From contig JBBINP010000002.1 of the NCBI GenBank assembly GCA_037443825.1, positions 1 through 46,683 on the forward strand: a DNA stretch of 46,683 nt. The letters are read 5' to 3'. The DNA is from Candidatus Moraniibacteriota bacterium (lineage in GTDB: Bacteria > Patescibacteriota > Minisyncoccia > Moranbacterales > JBBINP01). Numbering within the stretch: the first letter of the stretch is position 1; each line of letters opens with the position of its first letter. Positions 25,456-35,049 of the stretch are shown here, piece by piece. Below the pieces are notes generated by a model. The model saw nothing but the letters and a program-made list of their open reading frames with translations, ran no database searches and was not told the origin of the DNA. The position numbers were made by a program, and so were the translations under genes.

Positions 25456-27726
25456 ATGTTTGAAAAATTTAAAAAAACAGGTGTTTTGTTTTTGTTTTCA
25501 TGTTTGCCGGCGTTCGCGTCCCTCTGGCTGATTTTTGCCGTTTTGTCTCCAACCTACGCAACAGACATGCCCAGAAGATATTTCTACTTCATTTTTTTGT
25601 TTTCATTGATAATTTCAGGCAGTCTTTATTTATGGGTTGAAAAAGGAGAAAAAAACATTGAAACGTTGTGTAAAAAAACATTGCTGGTTTTCTTGCCGAC
25701 TCAGGTTATTTTTTTGTTTGCCTTCAAAAACCATTCTTTGAGTTTTCATACTTTTATCCATTTGTTTTTAAATTTATATTTAATCTCCGCCTTTCTTTTT
25801 GCGGTTGTTAAATATTTAAAATTCCGCAAAAAGAACAAAATGGACGATGATGAAAATGAAAAAAAAATCCCTTTTTTTCATATTGCTTCTTTTTGGGGAT
25901 TGGCGGCGGCGATTGCCGTTGCTGCCGTCTTTTTTTCTTTCGGTTTTCTTAATTTGGGAAAATTCGCGGCAGTGGACGAACCGTTGTGGACATTCAACAG
26001 AATCGCAAAATTCTGGAGCAATGTCGCGGACGGAGAATTCCACAAAACAATGATCAGCGACAAGCCCGGAATCACGGTCGCGTTAATTTCCGGGCCAGCT
26101 TTGAAATTTCTCAATCCGCACGAATATAAACCGGAAAGGAAAGACGGGTATTTGATAAATGCCAAAAATGATTTTGAGGAATTTAATTTTTTCTTTCGTT
26201 TTCCCTTGCTTCTTTTTTCAGCTCTGATGCTTCCCGTTTTTTATTTGTTTATTTTAAAGCTAACCAATGTCAAAACGGCGCTGTTTTCAACTGTTTTTAT
26301 ATCCACATCCCCCGTTATTTTAGGAATTTCAACCATTGTAAATCCCGACGCGCTGCTTTGGATTTTTTTGCCGCTTTCCGTTATCAGTTATTTTGTTTAT
26401 TTAAAAAGAAGCGGAAATAAATTTTATCTTTTCGCGGCCGGAGTTTTTATGGGATTGGGGTTGTTAACCAAATACATAACCAATATCTTGGCGGTTTATT
26501 TCTTAATAATCTTTTTTTTGGAAGCGATAATGTCCGAAAGAAAAACGCGTCAAGAATTCAACCGGCGCGCACGCCTTTTATTGATTGATTATTTGACACT
26601 GATTCTGACCGCTTTATTCACTGCTTTTCTGCTGCTGCCGGCCGGCTGGAGCAATGCTTCGCGTCTTTTAGAGATAACTGTTTGGTCGGAAGCTTTTAGA
26701 AACACTTGGCTGTTGTTTGTTTCGGGATTGGCTATTATCGCGGCGGAAACTTTTATTTTAAAAAATAAAGCGCTTTATTTTGTCGCCGGCCTTTTGGCGA
26801 AAAAGGATGTTTGGCTGACCAGGATAAACGGAATCGCTTTTATTTTTTTGGGATTTTTTTCCATTTTGAACGTTTGGCTCGCGATGAAATGGTATGACTT
26901 TGAGGCAATCATCAGTTCTCCGAAAACTTCCCATTCGCTTTATGGATTTTTTGGTTTTTTTACAGCTAATTTCTACTCTCTCGTCTTTGGCATCGCTCCA
27001 ATAACTCTTTTTTTCATTTTCTACGCCTCTTTTAGAAGCATATTTGCCAAAAACCGCGACAGTGGTCAGAAATGGGTCGTTTACTTTTTCTTTTTTATAT
27101 TGATTTACTATTTCGCTTCCGCTTTAAATTCAGTCAGTGCCACTGTCCGCTACCAGATATCAGTTTTTCCCATAGCGCTTGTGATTGCCGGCTTCGGAAT
27201 TTCACTTTTGATTGCGGATCTAAAAATACAAAAACGCTGGATTTTGGGAGCAATCGTCGCGTTAGTTTTTATGGTTTCTTTGCGCAGCATAAATTCCATC
27301 CGTCCTTTTTATTTCAGTTACGCCTCCGATCTTCTGCCGAAAAAATACGTCCTTAATTTGAAAGATATGGGCGATGGAAGCTTTGAAGCCGCTGAATATC
27401 TTAATAACATGGAAAATTCCGAAAACTTGCGTGTTTGGACCGATAAGCGCGGAGTTTGTTATTTCCTTAAAGGCAAGTGCTCTGTTGACGTTGAATTTGA
27501 ACAAAAAATAAAATTTGATTACTTTGTCATCTCGGCCGGAAGAAAAAACCGAATTGAAAAACTTTTTCTCGCCCACGGAGCCCGCAACGCCTATCCGATG
27601 GATTTCAGAAAACTTTACGAAATTGAAAACATGGTTTTTAACCTTGAAATCGGCGACCGTCCCAATAATTACGTAAGGATAATTTCCGCCGAAGAATTCA
27701 ATAAAAAAACCGGTAAACAGCGCTAA
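25456..27726 (+). CDS. GT-C fold membrane glycosyltransferase (ArnT/PMT-like), paralog group C, with an extra N-terminal TM region of about 150 aa
   Basis: AAVDEPLWTFNRIAKFW...ISDKPGITVALISG. The C-terminal RPFYFSYASDLLPKKY...EAAEYLN...FLKGKC...DYFVIS block is shared with the next gene. Confidence 0.75.
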   Translation: MFEKFKKTGVLFLFSCLPAFASLWLIFAVLSPTYATDMPRRYFYFIFLFSLIISGSLYLWVEKGEKNIETLCKKTLLVFLPTQVIFLFAFKNHSLSFHTFIHLFLNLYLISAFLFAVVKYLKFRKKNKMDDDENEKKIPFFHIASFWGLAAAIAVAAVFFSFGFLNLGKFAAVDEPLWTFNRIAKFWSNVADGEFHKTMISDKPGITVALISGPALKFLNPHEYKPERKDGYLINAKNDFEEFNFFFRFPLLLFSALMLPVFYLFILKLTNVKTALFSTVFISTSPVILGISTIVNPDALLWIFLPLSVISYFVYLKRSGNKFYLFAAGVFMGLGLLTKYITNILAVYFLIIFFLEAIMSERKTRQEFNRRARLLLIDYLTLILTALFTAFLLLPAGWSNASRLLEITVWSEAFRNTWLLFVSGLAIIAAETFILKNKALYFVAGLLAKKDVWLTRINGIAFIFLGFFSILNVWLAMKWYDFEAIISSPKTSHSLYGFFGFFTANFYSLVFGIAPITLFFIFYASFRSIFAKNRDSGQKWVVYFFFFILIYYFASALNSVSATVRYQISVFPIALVIAGFGISLLIADLKIQKRWILGAIVALVFMVSLRSINSIRPFYFSYASDLLPKKYVLNLKDMGDGSFEAAEYLNNMENSENLRVWTDKRGVCYFLKGKCSVDVEFEQKIKFDYFVISAGRKNRIEKLFLAHGARNAYPMDFRKLYEIENMVFNLEIGDRPNNYVRIISAEEFNKKTGKQR

Positions 27727-27751
27727 AAAACGATTTTTTTACCAAAAAAAT

Positions 27752-29620
27752 ATGGAAAAAAATGAAAGATTATCCATTGTTATTTTTTTATTGATTTCAA
27801 TCGCCGCTTTTTTTTGTTTTGGCCTTTTCCATTTGACAAAATCCGAAACTACCGACGAACATCTTTGGAAATATGGCAGGATCAAACAATACTGGCAGGC
27901 TATTGGCGAAAAAGACTGGGAAAAAACCTATATCAACGACAAGCCCGGCGTTACTGTCGCTTTATTTTCAGGCGTCGGACTTTTTTTTGAACCGAATCCG
28001 GAAAATCACAAAATCAAAGATAAGACGTTTTTTATTTTTGACACAAGCAGAACAAATCGCATTAATTTTGTTTTCAGATTTCCAATACTTGTTCTGGCCG
28101 CTCTTTCTTTGCCGCTCTTTTTTTGGCTGGCAAGAAAAGCTTTCGATTCCGATTGGATGGCGCTTTTTTTTACTATGTTTCTGGCTCTGAATCCCATCTT
28201 GATTGGTATCACTCAAATCGCCAATCCCGACAGCTTCCTTTGGATTTTTGGAGGATTATCGGTTTTTTCATACATGGCATTCCTCAACAAAAAAGAGAAG
28301 AAATTTTTCATAATGACGGGAATTTTTGCCGGTTTTGCCATTCTTTCAAAATATACGGCTGTCATTCTTTTTGTTTTTTATTTTCTTTTTCTTTTGTCAA
28401 AGATGATATTCCAAAATGACCGTGAAAAAAATGAATTTGATTTTAAATTTATCGCGTCGCAATTATTCAACATTTTTCTGATATTCTGCGTAGCCATTGT
28501 TGTTTTCATATTTTTCATTCCGGCAATTTTTATTAAACCATCCTATCTCACAAAAGGAGTTTCCCAATTTTTTGAAAGAGGAAATTTATCAATGCTTTGG
28601 TATTTTGCCGTAGCGATTGTTCCAGCTTTTTTCATTTTGAGCAAAAAAAACATTTTTGGCGCGGTTATTGCTTTTATTTCAACGCACAGAAAAAAGTTGT
28701 TAATCATTGTCGCTTCATTGTTTTTGCTGATTATTGGAATAACGCTCTTAAACGTTTTAAGCGGCCAAAACATGATTCCTTTTGATAAACTTCGCGATAC
28801 GGCTTACGCCCAGGAGCCGAAAAAATTCAATTTTGGCAAAATGCTCGCGTCCGACGGTTTCTGGAAAAAAAACGCCAAGTTGTATTTATTGGAGGCATAT
28901 CCTTTTGTTTTTTCTCTCACCCTGCCGGTTTTTTTGCTGACGATATTTTTAACTGGAAAAGCCATTTTTGGAAAAATCAAAGAACGCCACGCGGCTATTA
29001 TTTTTTCAGTGCTGATTTTTGCCATGCTGTATTTTTTGATGGCATTGGCGGTAAAAGTCGTGGCTAACGTGCGCTACAGCATTATTCTCCAGTTTTTTTT
29101 CGCCCTTTTCGCGTCCGTTTCTGTTTTAGAACTGGCGGGAAGTTTTAAAAATAAAAAATATCTTCTGATTTTTGCCGCTCTTGTTTTTGTTACAGGTTTT
29201 TATTCTCTTTGGTCGGTCAAACCTTTTTATTTCAGTTACGAAAGCCCTCTGCTTCCCAAAAAATTTACTGTCAACAGCACTTGGGGATCGGGATTTTATG
29301 AAGCGGCTGAATATCTCAATTCAAAACCTGAAGCAGAAAATATCGTTATTTATTCAAATTCCGCCACTATTTGCCCTTTCCTTAAAGGCAAATGTCTTAA
29401 TTCAAGAAAAATAGACTTGAACGCCGTCAAGCCGGATTACTTTGTTATTTCCAAAAGAGGCGAATTAAAAGAAAAAAACAGATTTGCTTTTATCAATTCC
29501 CCTTCCGGCGCAAAACCGGAAAATTATTATTTTGACAATCTCGAGCATAATTACGAATGGGTTATTTATATCGACGGGCGTAAAAATAATTATGTCAAAG
29601 TCGTGCGGTTTGAAAACTAA
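27752..29620 (+). CDS. GT-C fold membrane glycosyltransferase (ArnT/PMT-like), paralog group C (tandem paralog)
   Basis: TTDEHLWKYGRIKQYW...INDKPGVTVALFSG and KPFYFSYESPLLPKKF...EAAEYLN...FLKGKC...DYFVIS. Confidence 0.75.
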   Translation: MEKNERLSIVIFLLISIAAFFCFGLFHLTKSETTDEHLWKYGRIKQYWQAIGEKDWEKTYINDKPGVTVALFSGVGLFFEPNPENHKIKDKTFFIFDTSRTNRINFVFRFPILVLAALSLPLFFWLARKAFDSDWMALFFTMFLALNPILIGITQIANPDSFLWIFGGLSVFSYMAFLNKKEKKFFIMTGIFAGFAILSKYTAVILFVFYFLFLLSKMIFQNDREKNEFDFKFIASQLFNIFLIFCVAIVVFIFFIPAIFIKPSYLTKGVSQFFERGNLSMLWYFAVAIVPAFFILSKKNIFGAVIAFISTHRKKLLIIVASLFLLIIGITLLNVLSGQNMIPFDKLRDTAYAQEPKKFNFGKMLASDGFWKKNAKLYLLEAYPFVFSLTLPVFLLTIFLTGKAIFGKIKERHAAIIFSVLIFAMLYFLMALAVKVVANVRYSIILQFFFALFASVSVLELAGSFKNKKYLLIFAALVFVTGFYSLWSVKPFYFSYESPLLPKKFTVNSTWGSGFYEAAEYLNSKPEAENIVIYSNSATICPFLKGKCLNSRKIDLNAVKPDYFVISKRGELKEKNRFAFINSPSGAKPENYYFDNLEHNYEWVIYIDGRKNNYVKVVRFEN

Positions 29621-29621
29621 A

Positions 29622-31208
29622 ATGCTTATGAAAAAATTAGCCGCAAAAAACAAAATCGCGATCATCTTTTTTCTTATCGTGGTTCTTGGAGCTTTTTTAA
29701 GGATTTATGATTTTGACAATCTCGCGCGATTTAACGCGGATCAGGCGCGTGACGCTCGCATTGTTGACAAGATGCTTGAAGGCGCAGAATTCCCCCTTCT
29801 TGGCCCCAATGCTGGCGGAACAGAATTCAAATTAGGGCCGGCGTTTTATTATCTTGAATATTTTTCCGCGCTTGTTTTTGGAAAAAATCCAGCCGGAATG
29901 GCTTTTATCGCGGTTGTACTCGGAACACTTTCCGTTCCCTTGCTTTTTGTTTTTCTCATGTTTTATTTTTCTCCGAATTTTTCTCTTGTTCTGACTTTTT
30001 TTTACGCCATTTCTTTTTATGCCGTAAAATATTCCAGATTCGCGTGGAATCCGAATATTATTCCTTTTTTTATGCTGTCTTTTTTAATCGTTATTTTAAA
30101 AATCATTGATGATAAAAAACCGCTTTTTTGGAACATAATAGCCGGAGTGATTATGGGAATCGGCACGCAATTGCATACTTTGCTGATTTTTTTCATGCCC
30201 GCGCTGTTCTTATTCGCCCACTTTTATCTTATTTTTGTCAAAAAAACAAAAGTCCGGATAAATTGCGTCTTTTTGGCGTTTTTTATCGTTATAATATTCA
30301 ATTCCCCTCTTTTTTTATATGATATCCGAAACAACAACGAAAACCAAATGGCTTTTTGGAGCGGATTTAATAAAAAAACCGGCAATGATCTAACGGTTTC
30401 TGAATCTTTTTTCCAAACGGGACAATTTTTTGCCCAAGGAAATTTTTATGTCCTCGCCGGATATGAGCCGAAAAATTGGATGAATGCGCGCAAATTGATA
30501 TCTGCCAGAGATTTTTCCGAAATTGCAATCGCGGCTTCAGCAGTTTTATTTTCATTTTTCAGTTTAATTTTAATCGTTAAAAGTATTTTGAAAGAAAAAA
30601 ATGAAAAGCGAAAAATTTTCCTGGAACTTATCGCGATTATTCTTGTTTTGTTCGCCGTAATCTTCGGAACGCTTTCTGATGAACTCAATATTCGCTTCTT
30701 TGTTGCGTTCGTTTTTTTACCTTTCGTTTTATTGGGAATAATTATGAAATACGCTAAAGAAAAAACAGATAAAAAATTTTTTTATACCGGCGCAATTTTA
30801 ATGGCAGTTATTTTGACGTTCTATAATCTAAAAACTTATAAAAACACTTATGATTTGGAAAATTTTTCAGGAAAAAACAGCGCCTATGGAGGCATCAGTT
30901 TAATGGAAGCCCGCGATATTTCAAAATTTATGTCGGAAATCCGCCAAAACAACGAGCAAAAGGACAGAAATTTTTATTTCCGTTCCTTTGAATTTGAACG
31001 TTCGGTGGAATATTTCAACAAAAAAAACGGATTTTCTTTTCTGAAGCATGAAGAGAGCAAAGAAAACGCGCGGCGGGGAGACATCATTTTTTGGATCGCA
31101 AAAAACAAAAATATTGAAAAAATAACCGAAGAAAAAGAAAATTCTTTTTCACTCGCGGCATCACGCGAAATCGGAAGGTTTGCTGTTTTGGTTCTGATAA
31201 AAAAGTAA
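29622..31208 (+). CDS. GT-C fold membrane glycosyltransferase (ArnT/PMT-like), paralog group B
   Basis: FLRIYDFDNLARFNADQARDARIV...LLGPNAGGTEFKLGPAFYYLEYFSALVFG parallels the 23520-25295 protein. The ATG at 29622 lies 1 nt after the upstream stop; the ORF-track start at 29484 overlaps the previous gene. Confidence 0.75.
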   Translation: MLMKKLAAKNKIAIIFFLIVVLGAFLRIYDFDNLARFNADQARDARIVDKMLEGAEFPLLGPNAGGTEFKLGPAFYYLEYFSALVFGKNPAGMAFIAVVLGTLSVPLLFVFLMFYFSPNFSLVLTFFYAISFYAVKYSRFAWNPNIIPFFMLSFLIVILKIIDDKKPLFWNIIAGVIMGIGTQLHTLLIFFMPALFLFAHFYLIFVKKTKVRINCVFLAFFIVIIFNSPLFLYDIRNNNENQMAFWSGFNKKTGNDLTVSESFFQTGQFFAQGNFYVLAGYEPKNWMNARKLISARDFSEIAIAASAVLFSFFSLILIVKSILKEKNEKRKIFLELIAIILVLFAVIFGTLSDELNIRFFVAFVFLPFVLLGIIMKYAKEKTDKKFFYTGAILMAVILTFYNLKTYKNTYDLENFSGKNSAYGGISLMEARDISKFMSEIRQNNEQKDRNFYFRSFEFERSVEYFNKKNGFSFLKHEESKENARRGDIIFWIAKNKNIEKITEEKENSFSLAASREIGRFAVLVLIKK

Positions 31209-31229
31209 CTGAATTAGCGATATTTTTGT

Positions 31230-32168
31230 TCATCTTCTGCTCCTCAAATAAGCCGGCAATGCGAAAAAACTTAAGATCATCTGCAAAAAACGGCTTAAAA
31301 TAGCCACGGAAACAACCGCCGCCGAATCCAATCCAAAAAGACCGAAAAAAGTTATATATCCCCACTCTTTTATGCCGATATTATTAATACTTACCGGCAG
31401 GGCGGATATGATGCTGATTAAAAAAATAACAGTACCATAATCCAAAATACCAATCTTGATTCCCATCGCCTGAAAAAGAACATAATTGGCCGCCCCAACT
31501 CCGACTATATTGAAAATAATCCCCCATCCCGTCGCCCGCCAAAGCGTCTTTTTACTGGAGTTATAATTGCGGATTTCCAAAAAAGTTTTCAGAATGAATT
31601 GGGGTATATATTTTTTGATTAATTCCCAAAAAGGCGTTTTTCGCAAAAGTATAATAAAAATATCCGAACAAAAAGAAAACAGCAGCAATAAATTAGCCGT
31701 TATCATCAATGGATTTTGCGTGACAAACTTAAAGTTTAAAACGCTGAATAAAAAAACCAAGATAATCGCTCCGACAAAACCGGTAATTCGATCAACCAAA
31801 ACAGTGGAAGCCGCTTCCGAATAACGTTCATCCACTCTGCCAATCTGATAGGCGCGAAAAGCGTCGCCTCCGACAAACGACGGCATAAAATTATTAATGA
31901 GAGTTCCGGTCAAATAAAATCCAAAATAATCCTTGAGCTGAAAATGGAATTTTTTGCAAGTCGCCAAAATTTTCCATTTATAAGCTGAAATAAAAATTCC
32001 CAGAATATAAATAATCGCGTAAAGAACAATTTGCCACCACTTAATTTCCGTCAAGTACGCCCAGACATCTCGCCAATCAATTTTAAAAACAATATAAAGT
32101 AAAAAAAAGGCGCTAACGGAAAATTTCAAAAAAAATTTTATTGTTTTTGTTTTTCTATGATCTTGCAT
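31230..32168 (-). CDS. UPF0104 / LPG-synthase-TM (MprF flippase-domain-like) membrane protein
   Basis: KIDWRDVWAYL..., ILGIFISAYKWKIL, LINNFMPSFVGGDAFRAYQ. About 8 TM helices. The start overlaps the upstream GT4 gene by 14 nt. Confidence 0.65.
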   Translation of the reverse strand: MQDHRKTKTIKFFLKFSVSAFFLLYIVFKIDWRDVWAYLTEIKWWQIVLYAIIYILGIFISAYKWKILATCKKFHFQLKDYFGFYLTGTLINNFMPSFVGGDAFRAYQIGRVDERYSEAASTVLVDRITGFVGAIILVFLFSVLNFKFVTQNPLMITANLLLLFSFCSDIFIILLRKTPFWELIKKYIPQFILKTFLEIRNYNSSKKTLWRATGWGIIFNIVGVGAANYVLFQAMGIKIGILDYGTVIFLISIISALPVSINNIGIKEWGYITFFGLFGLDSAAVVSVAILSRFLQMILSFFALPAYLRSRR

Positions 32169-33315
32169 TGTTTCTGTAAATTACGTAATACTGTTCCGCC
32201 ACTTTATCCCAACCCATTTTTTCGGCCTTTTCGCGGCTTTTTCGTCCCATTGCTTCCCGCAAAACGCCGTCTTTCGCCAATTTTTCAATCTTTTCCGCAA
32301 GATCTATGTGGTTTTTCTTTCTGACAATGAAACCGTTTTCTCCATCCATCACCAGTTCTTTCGTGCCGCCGGTATCCGTCGCGACAACCGGAAGTCCCGA
32401 AGACAGCGCTTCCAGCAATGTATTGCTCATACCTTCATTAAGAGAAGGCAAAACAAACACATCCGCCCGTTGATATTTTTTTGGCAATTTTTCATGTTCA
32501 ATCATCCCCAAAAATTCGACGCGATTTTTTATTTTTAAACTTTCGGTCATATTTTTCAGACTTTCCTTTGCGTCGCCTTCGCCTATAATTTTCAAACCAA
32601 CATTTAATTTTTCTTCAGTCAATTTTTTGACAGCTTCTATCAAGTATTTTATCCCTTTGCGGGCTGTGATTCGGGAAACGCAGATAATTTCCAAAGGTTT
32701 GTTTTCGGCAGTCGCGAAAATTGAATTTTTCGGCCCAAATTCTTTGGTATCAATGCCGTTATAAATTATATCAATTCCCTGCTGAAAATTCGTTTTTAGC
32801 GCCAAATTTCGCAATCCGCGGCTATTAGAAACCACATGAGCCGCCCGATCCCATATAACGCGAATCAAGGGTTTTAAAAAAACGTAAATAAGCGAAAACC
32901 TTTCGGAATAACCCGGCACATCCGCTCCCCGCAATGAAACAATATAGGGAATTTTATATTGCCGTCTGAAGAGCAAGGATAAAAATCCGCAAGGCACCGT
33001 AAAAAAAGAATGGCTCAGGTCATATTTGTTTTTCCGGATGAGTTTTCGCGCGAACCAAAACGCTTTCCATGCGTAAACCAAAAGATCTCTTTGTGATTGA
33101 AAGTGAAAATTTTTCCTGTTTTTGCCTATAGGCAGACGATGAATTTTTATCCGTTCCCCGATAGTTTCCAGATGATAGGCGGAATCAATGGAAGAAGTTA
33201 CCAGATCAATTTTCAGTTCCGGAATTTTGGAAAATTCCCGCAAAAGATAGAAAGTGGCGTTTCCGGCGCCTCCTCCAAGTGGCGGATATTCATAATTGAA
33301 AAACAAAACACGCAT
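32155..33315 (-). CDS. GT4-family (GT-B fold) glycosyltransferase
   Basis: MRVLFFNYEYPPLGGGAGN N-terminus and the EX7E region PSLNEGMSNTLLEALSSGLPVVATDTGGTKELV. Confidence 0.85.
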   Translation of the reverse strand: MRVLFFNYEYPPLGGGAGNATFYLLREFSKIPELKIDLVTSSIDSAYHLETIGERIKIHRLPIGKNRKNFHFQSQRDLLVYAWKAFWFARKLIRKNKYDLSHSFFTVPCGFLSLLFRRQYKIPYIVSLRGADVPGYSERFSLIYVFLKPLIRVIWDRAAHVVSNSRGLRNLALKTNFQQGIDIIYNGIDTKEFGPKNSIFATAENKPLEIICVSRITARKGIKYLIEAVKKLTEEKLNVGLKIIGEGDAKESLKNMTESLKIKNRVEFLGMIEHEKLPKKYQRADVFVLPSLNEGMSNTLLEALSSGLPVVATDTGGTKELVMDGENGFIVRKKNHIDLAEKIEKLAKDGVLREAMGRKSREKAEKMGWDKVAEQYYVIYRNNARS

Positions 33316-33386
33316 AAAACAAGCATAACAAAAATAAGCCAAAAAGAAAAGAAAATAAAAGCGACAGCATCTTTTCCGCCCCTTAT

Positions 33387-34703
33387 TTAATCAGCAATTC
33401 CCACTCCGTGATAACGAAAACCCAGTTTTTTAATGCGGTCGCGTTCTTTGTAATAAATATTGCGCAGATCAACTATCGCGTCACCCTTCATCATTTTTTT
33501 TACTCTTTCCAAATCCAATCCCCGAAATTCGTCCCACTCGGTCATGATAATAAGACAATCTGCATCTTCGCAAGCGGCATAAGCGGAAGAAACATAACCG
33601 ATATCATCCATCTGTTTTTTCGATTCCTCCATGCCTTTTGGGTCATAAGCGAAAACATAAGCGCCTTTTTCCGCAAGCGTCGGCAGAATAACCAATGCCG
33701 GGGATTCGCGCATATCGTCAGTATTGGGTTTGAAAGTCAAACCCAGACATCCTATTTTTTTACCGGAAATTTTTCCTTCTAAAGCGTTTATAATCTTATT
33801 GACCATTCTGGCTTTGCGGCCGGAATTGGATTTTATGGCCGCCTCAACTATGGTTAGATTGGCTCCGGTTTCCTGTCCTATTTTTTCCACGCTTTTGGTG
33901 TCTTTGGGAAAACAAGAACCTCCCCACCCCGGTCCGGGATGCAGAAATTTTTGTCCGATGCGTCCATCCATGCCCATAGCGGTTAATGCTTTAATGCCAT
34001 CAGCGCCTGTTTTTTCCGCTAAATTTGCCACTTCATTGGCAAAAGTTATTTTGACCGACAAAAAAGCGTTGGAAATAAGTTTCACCATTTCGGCGGTTTT
34101 GAGATCCGTAAAGACAATCTGATCGCGAGAAATATTGAGAGGATTGTAAACTTCCCTCATGATTTCCATCGCTTTTTCTGATTTTACTCCGACTACAATG
34201 CGATCGGGACGCTCAAAGTCATTTATGGCCGATCCTTCGCGAAGAAATTCAGGATTGGAAACCATGTCAAATTCGGCATCAGGATTGATTTCGCGCATTA
34301 TTTCTTCTACGCGATCCGCCGTGCCGATCGGCACGGTGCTTTTGTTGATTATCACAACATGTTTTTTTATTAGCGGAGCTATTTCCTTGGCGACGCCAAA
34401 AACATATTTCATATCGGCATATCCTTCGCCGCGCCTGGATTCCGGCGTGTTCACGGCAATAAAAATAGCTTTAGCATCGCGCACAACATCCACCAGATTA
34501 GTCGTGAAAACCAGTCGTCCGGAAGAAATGTTGTCTTTGACAACAACATTAAGACCCGGCTCGTAAATGGGAATTTTTCCCGCTTTTAAATTTTCAATTT
34601 TGGCAGTATTGTTGTCCATGCAAATCACGTCATGGCCAAATTTAGAAAAACAAGCGCCGGAAACAAGTCCCACGTACCCAACGCCAATAATTCCGATTTT
34701 CAT
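33387..34703 (-). CDS. ugd: UDP-glucose 6-dehydrogenase
   Basis: MKIGIIGVGYVGLVSG Rossmann motif, IPIYEPGL and the catalytic GGSCFPKDT. Confidence 0.92.
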   Translation of the reverse strand: MKIGIIGVGYVGLVSGACFSKFGHDVICMDNNTAKIENLKAGKIPIYEPGLNVVVKDNISSGRLVFTTNLVDVVRDAKAIFIAVNTPESRRGEGYADMKYVFGVAKEIAPLIKKHVVIINKSTVPIGTADRVEEIMREINPDAEFDMVSNPEFLREGSAINDFERPDRIVVGVKSEKAMEIMREVYNPLNISRDQIVFTDLKTAEMVKLISNAFLSVKITFANEVANLAEKTGADGIKALTAMGMDGRIGQKFLHPGPGWGGSCFPKDTKSVEKIGQETGANLTIVEAAIKSNSGRKARMVNKIINALEGKISGKKIGCLGLTFKPNTDDMRESPALVILPTLAEKGAYVFAYDPKGMEESKKQMDDIGYVSSAYAACEDADCLIIMTEWDEFRGLDLERVKKMMKGDAIVDLRNIYYKERDRIKKLGFRYHGVGIAD

Positions 34704-34770
34704 AAAAATTTATCTTTTTTATTTATCTTCTCTTAGATATCCGCCATTAATTAAAATGAATTTGATGTTA

Positions 34771-34800
34771 ATTATAACTCATCGCCGATGAAAAAGTCAA
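34771..34800 (-). promoter_or_regulatory. sigma-70-type promoter for ugd
   Basis: Minus strand reads TTGACT (34800-34795), an 18-nt spacer, then TATAAT (34776-34771). Confidence 0.5.
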
Positions 34801-34978
34801 CGCAAAATTTTCATTTTTTTTCCACATAAACACAGAATATTATAGAATAACAAACAAAAAAAGTTAGCAATTTTTCCAGTTCCTTTATATGTAAAATGAA
34901 CTTTTTCATAAACTTGGATCAACTGACGCAAAAAACATTGTGTTTTTATTATGAGTGTTGAAGGAAAAATTTTCACAT

Positions 34979-35008
34979 TTGATTAGTTATCAAAAAAAAT
35001 AGTATAAT
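34979..35008 (+). promoter_or_regulatory. sigma-70-type promoter for the PD-(D/E)XK nuclease gene
   Basis: TTGATT (34979-34984), an 18-nt spacer, then TATAAT (35003-35008). A GGGAGGA SD-like element lies about 20 nt further downstream. Confidence 0.5.
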
Positions 35009-35049
35009 TTTGAAAAAGCGGGAGGATTAAAAAATAACAAACAGACAAT

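Noticed and set aside
29484-29621. The ORF track extends the fifth GT-C gene 138 nt upstream, overlapping the preceding gene.
   Set aside because: The extension translates to a non-homologous peptide in the alternative frame of the upstream gene. The ATG at 29622, 1 nt after the upstream stop, precedes the expected basic N-terminus plus TM helix.
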